Assembly (NCBI GenBank): GCA_012026655.1
Contig: JAAILG010000001.1
Span: 186,001-250,000 of the forward strand
Length of the DNA: 64,000 nt
Reading direction: 5' to 3'
Source: Hydrolagus affinis
Taxonomy: Eukaryota
Position numbers and translations under genes: made by a program. The notes beneath the pieces are model-generated. The model was given only the letters and a program-made list of their open reading frames with translations, was not told where the DNA came from and ran no database searches. This document shows, in pieces, positions 50,681-62,991 of the stretch; within the stretch, counting starts at the first letter, position 1; every line of letters starts with the position of its first letter.

Positions 50681-52923
50681 TTTTGTAAACTGCACAGTTC
50701 CTATACATCGAGGACTTTTAATAACATTATAACCCATGCTTAAAATATATAGCATTTAAGAAATTATTCTCATTAAAGTATAATTGTTGTGAACTAACAA
50801 AAAGGGAATGCAAGTCAAAATCACAATTGTTTGAATTATATTATATCGCAAATAATCGTATATATCATGTAATACTTATATTAGATATTTCTTGTTGCAA
50901 TCATATATAAACTATACAACATATTATCAAGATTGGACCATATTAACAACTGAGTTTAATGTATCCTAAGAATATTTCTTCAATATTCATGCCATTTTTA
51001 AATAAAATATTACTAAATAAATGCACTTTAGATATTCATGCTGCTTACAACTTATTTATGGATCAGTTCCGAGAGGTCCCTTCAGAAACACATAGGTCTG
51101 AGCTAAATGTGAAACCAGGTACCTGTATATATATCTATTTTCCAATGTGATTTCACGCACTAGCATTTGTATTCCACTTTACGTTATGTTCTGTACAGTC
51201 CATAGAGATATATCTGTTGCTGAAAAGCAAATTAGAATTTACAATGCATTATGAAACTATTGTGACATGGTTAAACATAGGACTGTCCAGAATAAATAAT
51301 TTATAATTGAGTAATTCAATTTACATTTGAATCAATTACAGATGAAATTACTGATCAGTGACTTATCATCATGCCAGTACTGGCATGGTTTTCAGTATTG
51401 CACACACATTTGATCCAATTGTTCAGATGGTGTTCTACAGGAGACAGTTGGCATTGTTGTGCTTGTAAAACAAACACTATAGTGCATTTCAGATCTTCAA
51501 TTTATTAGCTGGACAACTGACATATGTATCAGCCAGAATTTGCAATCTAAAACAAGCTGGATTTGGTTCACTGTGTTGATAGTGCCTCACTGTGCAAGAC
51601 TTTAAATCCAGATTTAATTTGAAATATATATTTGATGTTATTTGTGATTAAATAATACAGCTGTCGTTTTGCTAATCAATAGATATTGTGATCAATTAGT
51701 ATAACCCAGCCTTTCAAGATTTGTTAAACTTAGAACACAACTTCATCTCTGATAAGCCAGTCAAGGCTAAGGTGGTCACATCAATATCATTGGGAGCACT
51801 ACGTTCAGTCACGCTCCCTTTATATACGTGTGCCATGAACTAGTCAAGATAGCATGCTACCTGGTCAACTGGTACAAATCTGAAAGAATAGATGGAAAAA
51901 ATCTTTACTGTTTCAAATGAAACAAAATGACATCCTTGATTCTGCTGGGGAATCCAAACCAGTTGGGAATGCTAAATATGTTAGCAATCAAGCTTCATAA
52001 GTGCGTACCAACAACATTTTTTGCCATCTTTATTGCAATCCACCAAATACGCTAATTTAACTGTTTATTGTTGTATAGCCTGAATATCTTGTTAACAAAA
52101 AATAATCAAGGTTTTAGCACAAAGATATCCTGAAAAGCTTTCAAGGTTATTGACCCTTTAAAATGTACCTTGATGGGCTGGCTCTGCTGCTGTTAGGCTG
52201 TTAGGAAGTATGACATTATCATAATTTTTTAGACTTTGGTTCTCAAAGGAACAGAAGATGAAGGCTCCTCTCTAAATTTTGATAGCAAGAGCTGCATTTT
52301 TAATTTAAAAAACTGTACAAATGGATTTGATGCCATGCCAAATTAAATTTTACTTCTTTGGATTTAAAACATTTTAAAAATTGATGGCAAATGTGTGAAT
52401 TTTTTAAAACTTTGCACTCAAAGTTCTTTAATTTGTATAGCATTAGTTATTTGTAGCACAAAATCTACAGAATTCCATTTCTGAACTCTCACAAACAACA
52501 ACCTTCTTTTAGGCAAACTTGTAATTCAGGTCCTGGTGGTCACAATGTACTGGAACTCAGCTGAGCATCGAGACATTAAAAAATGCTATGGAAAGCAGAT
52601 GGACATGGTAAATATGTCACCATGCTTATTTATATTATTACTTGAATTCCTTTGCGTTGATATCTAAAACGATCAGTTCTGATTTTGTTGAAAATTCAGT
52701 TGAATACCAATATATTTCTACATGCATCAAAGAGATTTGTGTTCTGTTGCCAAGTTAAAAAAACCCCCATCAAATCTAGTAATTCACTTACTAATCCACA
52801 GCTCGAAAAATGTCCACATTCTGCCCTCCATCACAGTGTGTATAAATATCAATGTGGTGGAATGAAACTGTCCCTCTTGTTTCTTTTCTTTGACATCTCC
52901 ATATCCTTAACAATGCTTTAATC

Positions 52924-52975
52924 CAGAGGTTCTCAAACTATAAGGTACATCTCCCTGGGGAGTGCGACGAGGGAG
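52924..52975 (+). mobile_element. hAT (Charlie-like) terminal inverted repeat, single end
   Basis: CAGAGGTTCTCAAACT resembles the CAG(T/G)GGTTCTCAAACT terminus of hAT-Charlie MITEs. The partner end was not found. Confidence 0.4.
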
Positions 52976-53059
52976 AGCACCAGTAACACATCTCTCAACA
53001 GACCTGGCTTTCCTGCGTCCCAGCAAAGCCTACCCTGACAAGCAAATTCCCGCAACACT

Positions 53060-53346
53060 TATCTCACAGTGGTATAATCTTCAGCATTGTGTTGTATTGA
53101 TCTTATCTTTGCACTGGCCTTCAACTGTTCTCACAGCTTTCTCACCTGCATGATCAACATGTTGTAGAGACTAACACAGTTGACCCAGTGCATCACTTGG
53201 GACCAGGGCATGGCCTGACTGTCCACTATGTTCATTGCGGATGGTACAGATAATGAAAACAATTCTGCCTGAATGGCATCATATTTTCTGTGGTATCCTA
53301 TATGCCTGATGGACTTAGCCTCAACCTCCTTGCCTTCCCTCAACAT
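53060..53346 (-). pseudogene. Degenerate Myb/SANT-like (Myb_DNA-bind_5 / NAIF1-type) ORF, probably from a PIF/Harbinger transposon
   Basis: Reading through the TGA at 53131-53133 gives PWSQVMHWVNCVSLYNMLIMQVRKL*EQLKASAK, with the same spacing as W-x6-VNAV-x8-EVKKKWSDLK in NAIF1/Harbinger Myb-like proteins (sequence from memory). Confidence 0.55.
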
Positions 53347-53621
53347 ATCCTCCTTGCTTCATCACTGTGTTCCATTTGTACTCTGCCATTGATATGGACG
53401 TACAGTACATTTATGCTGGAGAAACCCAGCAGGTGATTATTGCCTTGTTGTCATCATTGATTAAGCTCCAGAACCTTGATCTAAAAACAGCTATATTGCT
53501 GCCATTAGTTTTCTAATCTTCCAGAGTCCAACAATCTCAAACCACAATTTCACTGCATTCATGTTTTGGTGTTAAAATCTTGTGCCACCAGTGTCCAGCT
53601 TGCTTATAGTAACTATGTTAC

Positions 53622-53836
53622 GGTAATAATAATCCCTCCAAAAAAACACAATAATAAAATTGGTAATTTCAATCCACGACTGTGTGTGGGACACTGCTGT
53701 GCGCAATTTGCTGCCGCGATTCGCCCACAAATATATACAGTCAATTCACTTTACAGTATTTTCTGTGAAGCGCTTTGGGACGTTGATAAGATGTGGAAAG
53801 CGCTATATCAAATGCAAGGATTATTATTATTATTAT
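53622..53836 (+). mobile_element. 5'-truncated SINE (3' half), young
   Basis: GGTAATAATAATCCCTCCAAAAAAACACAATAATAAAATTGG...GGGACACTGCTGTGCGCAATT...GTGAAGCGCTTTGGGACG...AAAGCGCTATATCAAATGCAAGGA(TTA)n. Confidence 0.92.
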
Positions 53837-53854
53837 GTTCATAGAATGTAATTT

Positions 53855-54198
53855 CAATAACAACGGAAACACCTTGTACTTATATAGCACCCTCTATGTA
53901 GGGTAGTATCTCACAACCCTTAACAATGATGGAGCCTGACTCCGAGCCTGGGTGGGTTGGAGGGATGGTGGCAGCAAGCACGGTCGAAGAGGAAGGTTTT
54001 CATGTGGGACTCGAAAAACAGGAGAAAGGGGCAAGGCGGAGGAATTGAGTGAGCGCAGTAGCTGAAACTGCGACCTCCGATGGTGGGGCAGAGGGTGCGA
54101 GGGACGAGCAGAAAGCTGATGCCAGTCGAGCGGAGACGCCAGGTGGTGGATTGGGGATTGAGTATTTCGGAGACATAAGGAGGTGCTAGGTTCAACCA
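53855..54198 (-). mobile_element. L2 LINE 3' end
   Basis: ORF 53920-54195: NLAPPYVSEIL...LRS...LLVPRT...TIGGRSFSYCA...[13 protein letters not shown]. The 3'UTR ends GCTATATAAGTACAAG...GTT. Confidence 0.9.
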
Positions 54199-54756
54199 TT
54201 TGGTGCTGACATTCTGCCTTTAAAAGTATATTGCAGAAAGTTATAAGCGCTTTTATTAATAGTATTCTGTAAATATCTTAAAAAGGTCACCCTGTTATAT
54301 GCAGTCTTGGTATTGTAATTTTGCTGAAAAAGGGGCACATTAAATTACATTTGGATTCATATAACAATAATATAACACTATTATTTTTATTTAATCTGAT
54401 AACATGCTCTTTATTTTATTTTAACCTTGAGAAATAGAAACAGCAATATTAATATCAATGTGGATGAAATTGTAATTAGAAAGTCCTATGATATACAATC
54501 TATGCATTTTTCAGTATTTCACCAGCTAATATTCTGGAATCACCTTGGGTTTTTAAAAAGCTAGGTCTTAAGGTCTGATTTCTCACTGACCAGAATGGAG
54601 ATTTCTCTACCCACTGAGCAGTTCACCACCAAGGCTAAGAAAATAGAGATTGCCTCAGCATCTCCAATACTGAAGGCTGATGGTGTGTCACCCTCAGACC
54701 ATTTAAGCAATCCATTAAGCAAACCAACAAGGACAAAATGTGCCCACTGCAACAAC

Positions 54757-55090
54757 AGGGTGGGAGGAGGTGACTGTGAGCACAGTTAAAGAGGAAGGTC
54801 TTCAAGTGTGATCTGAAAAAGTTGAAGGAGTTGAAGCAAGGTGGAGGAATTGAGGGAGAGAATTCCAAATTTGAAAGCCTGGCTATCGATGGTGGAATGA
54901 ACGGAGGAGACGATGGACAAGCAGGAGGCTGGAGCCAGCCAACAACAACAAAATTACATTTTTAGAGCGTCTTTCAAGTCGGGAGGACCAGCCAAACAGA
55001 GGTGGCTGGCGTTTGAGTGGGGAGTAAGTAGATCAGAATGGTAGGGAGGAGTCAGGTGTGATGGGACTTGGAGACAAGTTAAGATGAATA
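54757..55090 (-). mobile_element. Older L2 3' region containing a nested short insertion
   Basis: Minus-strand FFRSHLKTFLFNCA (ORF 54635-54868) and FILTCLQVPSHLTPPYHSDLLTPH (ORF 54954-55172) are both L2 ORF2 C-terminal motifs. Confidence 0.8.
54943..54987 (-). mobile_element. About 45-nt L2-tail insertion with 8-bp TSD
   Basis: CAACAACAAAATTACATTTTTAGAGCGTCTTTCAAGTCGGGAGGA matches 16667-16711 and is flanked by CCAGCCAA at 54935-54942 and 54988-54995. Confidence 0.8.
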
Positions 55091-55909
55091 CTCCTACCTT
55101 ATTTTGGTAGTAAAGTTTCACAGTGAAATATGTTTGGCAAATCTCATCCCAGTGAGTTAAAGGATGTGACATGTCCTCGACTGGAGTAGTCAGTAAAGTA
55201 CATCCATTGGTCTCATCCTTTATTATGCCATAAGGATCCTTCAGCTATGCCAGAGTCTTGCTTCACAATCCACACTAATAGGTATATTATGGATATTCTC
55301 GTCAAACTAAAGCTTGATTATTGAAAGCATTCATTATTGAAAACAACCAGATTTAATTGCCATAAACTGATTAATCCAATGTTCTGCAGCAGGCAAAATA
55401 AGTGAAAATAATTAGTACATTACACCATGAGCAATAGCATTTTGCACCAGGGTTTGTTTTCTTTCAAATTAATTTTGAAAATAAATATGTAACCTTGTTT
55501 ATTATTTTTATTAACAATACTTCTGTAATTATCCCCTTCCCCCATCTGATAACTGGATAGTACAGTATTGTGCACGTTCCATGTAAATAGTAAGATGTAG
55601 ATTTGTAAATATATCTACCCTGGAGGGTAGTCACTGTCCCACAGGAAGGTAGAATAAATCAGAGGGGAGTCTCACGCAACTCCAAACTGCCAGCTACAGA
55701 TCATGGCAGCAGATCCGCACAACTGGGAAAGATGTGTGGAGCAGGGAGTGAAGGCGGAAGAAAAACAATGCAAGAACACTTGGGGAAAACATATTATGTA
55801 TAAGATATGTAGAAGGCAATGGAGGAAATATTCCATAATGACAGGACTGTATAAACCCTCGGCGATTTGACGGTTTGGTCATCCGAGAATATTTTTTGCA
55901 TTCCACAAT

Positions 55910-56215
55910 AATAATTATCCTTGAATTTTGATACAGCACTTTTCACGTCGTCTAGACATCTCAAAGCGCTTCACAGAATATACTGCAAAGTAAATTGACT
56001 GTATATTTGTGAGTGAAACGCGCCAGGGAATTGCGCACAGCAGTGTCCCACAAACAGTCATGGCTTGAAATGACCAATTTATTATTGTTTTCTAGAGATT
56101 ATTATCAGGCGCATGGAGTAAGGAAACTTGCCAAAGGTTATGCCCTGCTGGAAAGCAAATCCAGGTTTCTCGCTTATTCAGTGAGTGCTTTAACCACTGA
56201 GCTACAGGACTCCAC
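55910..56215 (-). mobile_element. Full-length tRNA-headed SINE (short subfamily)
   Basis: Reverse complement starts GTGGAGTCCTGTAGCTCAGTGGTTAAAGCACTC, has the CGCCT|GATAATAAT junction and ends in an L2-type tail. ACAAT flanks both sides (55905-55909 and 56216-56220). Confidence 0.92.
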
Positions 56216-56340
56216 ACAATCAGGACTCCTTGCAATCAATATGTGACATATTTAAATCTTCATCATTTCAATTTGTAAGATAGCTCTTTAGAAATACAGA
56301 GCTGTAACCTACAGCATTAGGTGAGGGAGTGCTACAAAGT

Positions 56341-56414
56341 TGGAGTCTTGTAGCTTAGTACTTAGAGCTATCGACTCGCAAATGAGAGGACCTGGGTTTG
56401 AATCCTGGGCAGGG
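56341..56414 (+). mobile_element. SINE tRNA-derived head only
   Basis: TGGAGTCTTGTAGCTTAGTACTTAGAGCTATCGACTCGCAAATGAGAGGACCTGGGTTTGAATCCTGGGCAGGG. Confidence 0.75.
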
Positions 56415-58309
56415 ATTGCTTTCTCACACGACCAACCTATTGATTTCTGTCTACACTTTATTGGCGGTGATCATGCAAGATTATTTTGTTTTATTTCTTT
56501 TTATTTCTTCCCGACTTTAGGTTTCCTTCCTCCTTATTCATTATGCCCTTTCTGAGGAAGTGAATACTTGACCTTTTTCTGATGCCAATTGTAACTGTTT
56601 GCAAAAAAGTGCAAAGGAGCAGCAATGAATGGTTTGCTGAACATTTTTTTCTTGTGTGGAAGTGTCTTGACAGAGTTCAGAATATCTCCCTTGCTCTCCG
56701 GTTAAAATCAGGAAATTGTTGCAGGGATTAAAGTGAAACTTTTCTTCCTCAAACTGAAGAATCACTCACAGAAATGTTCAATTTGGCTTTATGATTGGTC
56801 TTTACCTGCATATATGTATGCATATACATTGTATTGATACAAAATCTACAATATACAGTAAACGTAGTACTGTGCTTTCTTAATGTTATACTATAGCAAG
56901 AAGATATGAATGTAGCAAGTGAAATAACCCAGCATTGTGGTTTTGGTCAAGGTTTTTTGCTTTAAAGCTGTTTTAATGCAAACAGTTAAAACACAACACA
57001 ATGTCCAAAATAATAATTGAAAATATGTTTTCTATATATAAAATATTTATATTGAAGCACAAACGTATTACAATAAGACATCTGTGGTATAGACTTGGTC
57101 TTTTAGTCAGTCCTAAATAACTTAGTGAGGTAAAGTCATCACAGGATTTATATTTATTGAAAGCTGTAGCTCTACTGTACACCCATTACTTCAATTTCAT
57201 TGTAATGCAAAAAACAGATGTTTAACATGCGAGTACCTCCTCATAGTTTTAGCCTTCAGTAAATGTTTTACAAGTGCTCCATAGCAGTGTTTCCCATTCA
57301 AGACAGGAAGCTGAGGTAATTGTGAAACATGAAGACTGAGCAGGATCCTTAACTCACATGCACGACAGCTGGGACTGTCTTCCTCTAGCACCTTTGGCAC
57401 AGACCTGCTTCTGAGTATGACTGATACTAGAAGAGATAAGAGCTTCCTCATTCATTTAATCCAATAATTTAACACACAATGGGAAGCATTTGAAAACAAA
57501 AGCACCAACTCAAGAGATTAACCCTTTAAAAAAAGGAGTTGACAGATGATTTGATGCAGAACTTTCAAACATAATGAACTGTGCAGCGATTTGGTATGGG
57601 CTGCGCAGTGAAGTGATTTCATTAAACCTTATGCAAATGTAAGACGTGTTAATTTGTTCCAGAAGATAATGTTATTCAATTCATATGTTGTGGGTTCTTG
57701 GACAATCATCCATTAAATATTTACAAGCCTTCATGGGGCGCTCACACTTTTACTTAAGAAATATTAAAATGCCAGACTGAACCATTCAATCTCTTCCACT
57801 GATTATTTTTGTTAAGGCAGCAAACTAAACAAAGACAAACATAACATATAACCAATAATGAGCTAAGTGAATATACAGCAAAACAGAGGATTTTTAAAGT
57901 ATGACTATAATGCACACCAGCATTAGGGTTTTATATTGGACTAGGGGATAGACCGTTAATTAAAATATTAAGTGAAAGCTGAGTGCCTTAATTAGGTTGA
58001 TACCCCCATATTTCACTGGAGGTGAGAAATATGTGTGTGATCCCTTTAAGAATGAACACATTACTGCTTTTGAAATGTAAATTACATTCTTAGTGTGCAA
58101 GGCTCAGTTGGAATTAGTCTGCTTATTAATCAATCAGACACTATTTATTTAGTTTTGTGGATCAGGTGGCATGCAGTTGGAGGGAACCATAAACAAAGAC
58201 AGACGCTTCTCAAGTTGAACCCTGTTACTACAGTATCTAGAAATGCTTTTAAAAAAACAATAGTTTTCTGTAAGTGTGTCTGTTTTTGCGATCCAATCCC
58301 ACAATAAAA

Positions 58310-58330
58310 TCAGCAGGTGGCAGCCATTTT
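58310..58330 (+). promoter_or_regulatory. CTCF-like motif overlapping a YY1-like motif
   Basis: TCAGCAGGTGGCAGC (compare CCASYAGRKGGCRS) overlaps GCCATTTT. Motif match only. Confidence 0.3.
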
Positions 58331-61300
58331 GTGGCATTTCTGCTGGGACTGTACTATGTTTATGAACACTTTGCTTCACATATCCAATTACATGTAAAAA
58401 GTAAACTTTAAAAAACAAACATCCTAAATCAAGCTCTTTGTTTTTCCTTGAGGGTTCTTGCCTTAAGGCAAGCTGTTGTAACTGGGATGTGTAAACAAGC
58501 ATGCAACAACTTTCCATACCCATGGCAATGCCAAGCCTCTCCTTCCTCATTTGACAGGACACATTTATTACCGAGTCTGCTGTCTTTCAAAGTAAGCTAC
58601 TTTGCTGCAGCAAGGTTACCAGCTACAAGTTGTCAAAGGTTAAGCAAACTCACCAAGGGCAATGAATAAGCTGGTGGTGTTCAGCGATCTCAGTGTGATC
58701 CAACACTGAATGCCAATCACTGAATTGAGATCTAAATATTGATCTCTGATTCAGTTTAGAAATCTGAATTTGCATTTCAATCCACATTTATAAGAAAACC
58801 CAATTATCAACTCAGATCCGATCAACGAATGTTATAGGCAAATAAAGGTGTTTTCTGAAATCTCCAAATATACTGAAGTTAGAATTCAGTTAGACCTAAA
58901 TTCCCAATATATTTTCATTTGGAAAGTGCAGACAAGCAGAACATGATTTATTTTGAGGGACATTCCAATCTGTCCTACCACCCCCACTCCCCCCCCCCCT
59001 GAATCTTGCCACTCAGTAGCTCCATTAACATCGGTTCCTCCTCATATCAGATCATTGCCATAATGGAGATCTAACCTAAATGGGAACCTCATTTTGCAAC
59101 TCTCCATTGTTCACTTGAGACCAAACCCAATGTTGATAGTCCTTGAAGAGTAGCCATTAACAACACAGCAGATGGCCATGCTATCCAGAATGCTGAACTG
59201 TCCCTCAAGGAGACAGAAACATCCATCTAATTAGCCTGAGCTAGCTCTCAATTGAATTACTGGAGGTTGCAATATCTGAAATGACTTCACGGCTCACATC
59301 ATGGTGCCTGGCACTCAAATCTCCAGATTACATTGGGTAGCTCACCAGAAAAACATTTTGTGCTAATTGTATTTTTGTCCTCTTATGCCTTTTCCCCTCA
59401 TTTCACATCCTACTGCTGCCTCCTTCTGCTCCCCTTCTTCCTTCAAATTGGAGGGTGAAACTGTCAAGGTTATAGAATTCTCCATAGTACAATTAATGAT
59501 GCTCCAAAGTGGTTGTGAGGAATTGCATTCTTCCAATCCCACTGGTTTTCCATCACCACCAGGTGGGGTTCTAAACTATTGCGGAGTGTGTTGTTATAGA
59601 ACTTGTAGCAGATATCCAGTGGGATAGTTGGGATTGATCTTGTTGACTGGGATTTAAATCCTGTACTACCAGAGGCACCATTTTGCTTCTGATGTTGGCC
59701 TATGTGATTCTTTTCGCAAATATAATTGATCAGTATTAGAACGTCAAAGCAATTGTATTTGCTAGTTTTCAACAGTATTTCCATTGCAGTTTAACTTGGG
59801 AAATATCTTTTGTTAGAACAAATTGGTTTGGGTTTATGCAGACCAACTAAAACTGGTGGAAATTTAGCCTCTTCCAAAAAGAGGAAAAAAACATCCTTTC
59901 ATACAAGTTGATTATCAACCAAACTGCAATGCAACTAACAACATTTAAAAAAAAAATCCAATACATTAGTTTACAAATCCAAATATTTTAATTCTTCAAA
60001 ACTGCCATCCTTCATTGAAAAACCCTATTATTTCAACATGAATTGCACTTGATTGACTCTCAATGCATGTTCTCACTGCAAACATTGCCACCACTAAGCA
60101 TGTGATCAGAGTTTACGTGAAATACAATGGGTAAAATAAGTCACTAATTAGAAGTTTTATTTTGTTGGCTGTATAAGGTTCGAATATAAAAGTTTTTACT
60201 GGTCTGCTTCCAAAGTCTTTGTTCTTGGCCTGTGGATCTCATAGAAATTTGGAATCAATGGACCACATCGCCTGCCATGGGAGTGTCAAGTACTGGATGA
60301 AAAATTACATCAAGTTGTTATTTTCTTCTGGCTAGTTGAAGCCAAAACGAAAAACAAATGTTCGAAAGAGGAATAACATTCAGCAAAAACCGAACACTTT
60401 ACCCACCATAAGAAACAACATGCAGCCTACTTTAACTGTAATACTGTACTAGATTAAAACAAAATTATCTAGTCAGTGTTGCATAGGAGAAGTAACTCAA
60501 TTTATTCACCTTTCTAAACATTTTGTTGTTTCAGAATAATGTTGCTTTCAAGAAGTAGTTATATTATTTACTTGTAGAAAGTTATGTTGCACAGAAGGAA
60601 AAGGGTTAAAGTATGTGCTGTGAGTTATGCTATTGAAGGGCCCTAGAGACTTGTGCATGTTTTGCTGGCATTACTATAGCCTAAAAAGTTCTACAAACTG
60701 GGTCTGGTGGTACATTCCAATGTAATGCAGGAGGTGGCCAAGCAGGGGGTCCAGGAAAAGGCTAGACTGGGTGACTTCCCTGCTGCAAACAGGAACATTT
60801 GATAATACCAAACAAATTTGACTGCAATAGTATTTTTTTTGCTCATTGCTTTCCCATAAAAGTCAAGTAAATGTTGCATGACAAAACAATTGCAGCCAAT
60901 TTTAAAGTTATTAGAGAAATCGGCTATTAAGATAACATTATCAAGATTTAACCCCCTTTCCACCCTCCACCCTCCGCACACAGAACATTGACATACACAG
61001 ATTAAACTCCTGAATTTTGGAATATTCTAAAAAGAAGAGTTAATTCAGTTAAATACAACTCATGCGTAAGAATCTGCAACACATTCAGACATAAATATGA
61101 TCAATGCCTGTGTAATACCTTGGTGGATAGGTATGAAGCACAAATATTCCTAGATAAAACACATGCTTACTAAGGGGCAGTATGTGGGAGGCAGCCTACT
61201 TCTGTGTTATAATGAGGGGAGTGGTATAAGTGAGGTCTCATTTAATTTATAGAGATAAAAATGAAAGCTGCAAATGCAGCAAATCTGAAAAATGGCAAGC

Positions 61301-62842
61301 CCTGAGGGCAACTTGAGGCTGCAGTTTGTACTATTATAGCTTGTACTGTTGCGCTCGTAGTTTTCAGGATTGAAGTTTATTTAAACAGGGAGTTGATTAA
61401 GGCTAATAGTAATTCAGTTAACTCAGTGTGGCTTGCTTTTGCCTAGCTTGCTTTTAGTTATAATCTTTTATGTAGGAGCTCTATTCTGGATTGTTCAGCC
61501 TGCCTGATCAATGAGGGTCTTCCTCCTCGGTCCTAAACCCACTTTGTTTGCTCCAGTTTACCTGATCTCTGCCACTTCTTCACTGATTTACTCATTTTAC
61601 TCAGTCTTTAAAGATTTTCCTTCCTCACTCCCATTAGACTTCCAGTTTAAATCTTGGCCTTAGCCTTGGCCTACGAGGACTTGACATGGAAGTTCAATCC
61701 TGAGGTGAAAAATGTGTTAATTAATAACAGATTCAGTGTACACACTGAAATTGTGAAAGATCACATTTTCACCCCCCCCTCACCTTCATATATGAATTGA
61801 TCATTTAAAACACTCACAATTTTCTTCAATTCATTGGCAGGGGAAAGATAGCAGTGGCTTTTACAAAGCCAAGAAGCTGATTTTGCGGTGAAATAGGGAC
61901 GTTGCCAACACTGGCATTTATTTCAATATTACATAATTATTTACAGCAACTGGATTTGGGAGTCTCTAAAATTTTTGCATTGTATCCAAGATAACTATAT
62001 AGGAAAGTATGATTTTGCAAGAGAAGTGGAAGAAATTGGTAAACATGTGCCTTTATCACTCTATACTTCCTTGTAGCTCACAGAGGAGCGGTGTTGAGAG
62101 GGCTGAATGACGGGGGTTGTGTCAGAATTTCAATGTACTGGCAGTGGGCAGTGTGATCAAGACCACAGAGCTCGAGACAATGCTCTTTCACAGGGAACTC
62201 GATGAACAGACTGAGAAGCTGTAACAGTTCTGTTGTATGTGGCATTCCCAAACGTGCCCGGAATCAAGCACTACACCCATGTGACATGGAGAGCAGTAGA
62301 ATGTCATACCTCAATCTCAAGAAGCTTTCCTCCCTCACTGTGATGATCAATATCTGACAGAAGATTAGGCATCTGAATGCTCTCTGGAAACTACTCAAAA
62401 CAAACGCCACATGTGCAATCATTTGAGCACTCACACCATTAAGAAATATCACCACACAATTCATTATGTTGCAATTAATCTTGGGATTGTATTTGTTTTC
62501 TGAGGTGCTATGATGTATTGTGTTGTGGTTCTCTTTAACCCCTCTCCCATAGTACTCTTAGCAATGAGACATTGTACATATTAGGGTTACTTTTAAGCAC
62601 ACTAAGATGGTAGAGGAAAGATTCCTCAACTCTACTCCATCGATATGACTTGGAGCATGAGAAAGTGCTCATACTGAACTGGAATTAATATTTCAGTCTC
62701 CACACCAGCTATCCTTTTGGTATTTCCGAGTGACATTGCCAATTTAGTGATAAACTGTAGGTAGCTTACTGCTTTAGGCCATGCTCATTAGGAATTATCT
62801 TGAGACTACCCAAATTTATTTTACGTGGGACTTCTATGCTTG

Positions 62843-62846
<4 letters not shown>

Positions 62847-62890
<44 letters not shown>

Positions 62891-62946
62891 TGTGTGAGTG
62901 TGTGTATGTGCATGTGTGCGTGCGTACATAAAGGAGAGAGAGAGAG
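62847..62946. repeat. (TG)n microsatellite followed by a short (GA)n
   Basis: Directly visible: about 20 perfect TG units, then degenerate TG, then GAGAGAGAGAGAG. Confidence 0.98.
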
Positions 62947-62991
62947 TTTGATTTAAACATCTTGGATTTGAACCCAGATCCCAGGAATCAA

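Noticed and set aside
51370-51387. Perfect 18-bp palindrome CATGCCAGTACTGGCATG
   Set aside because: A palindrome of this length is not improbable by chance in 64 kb, and there is no supporting context.
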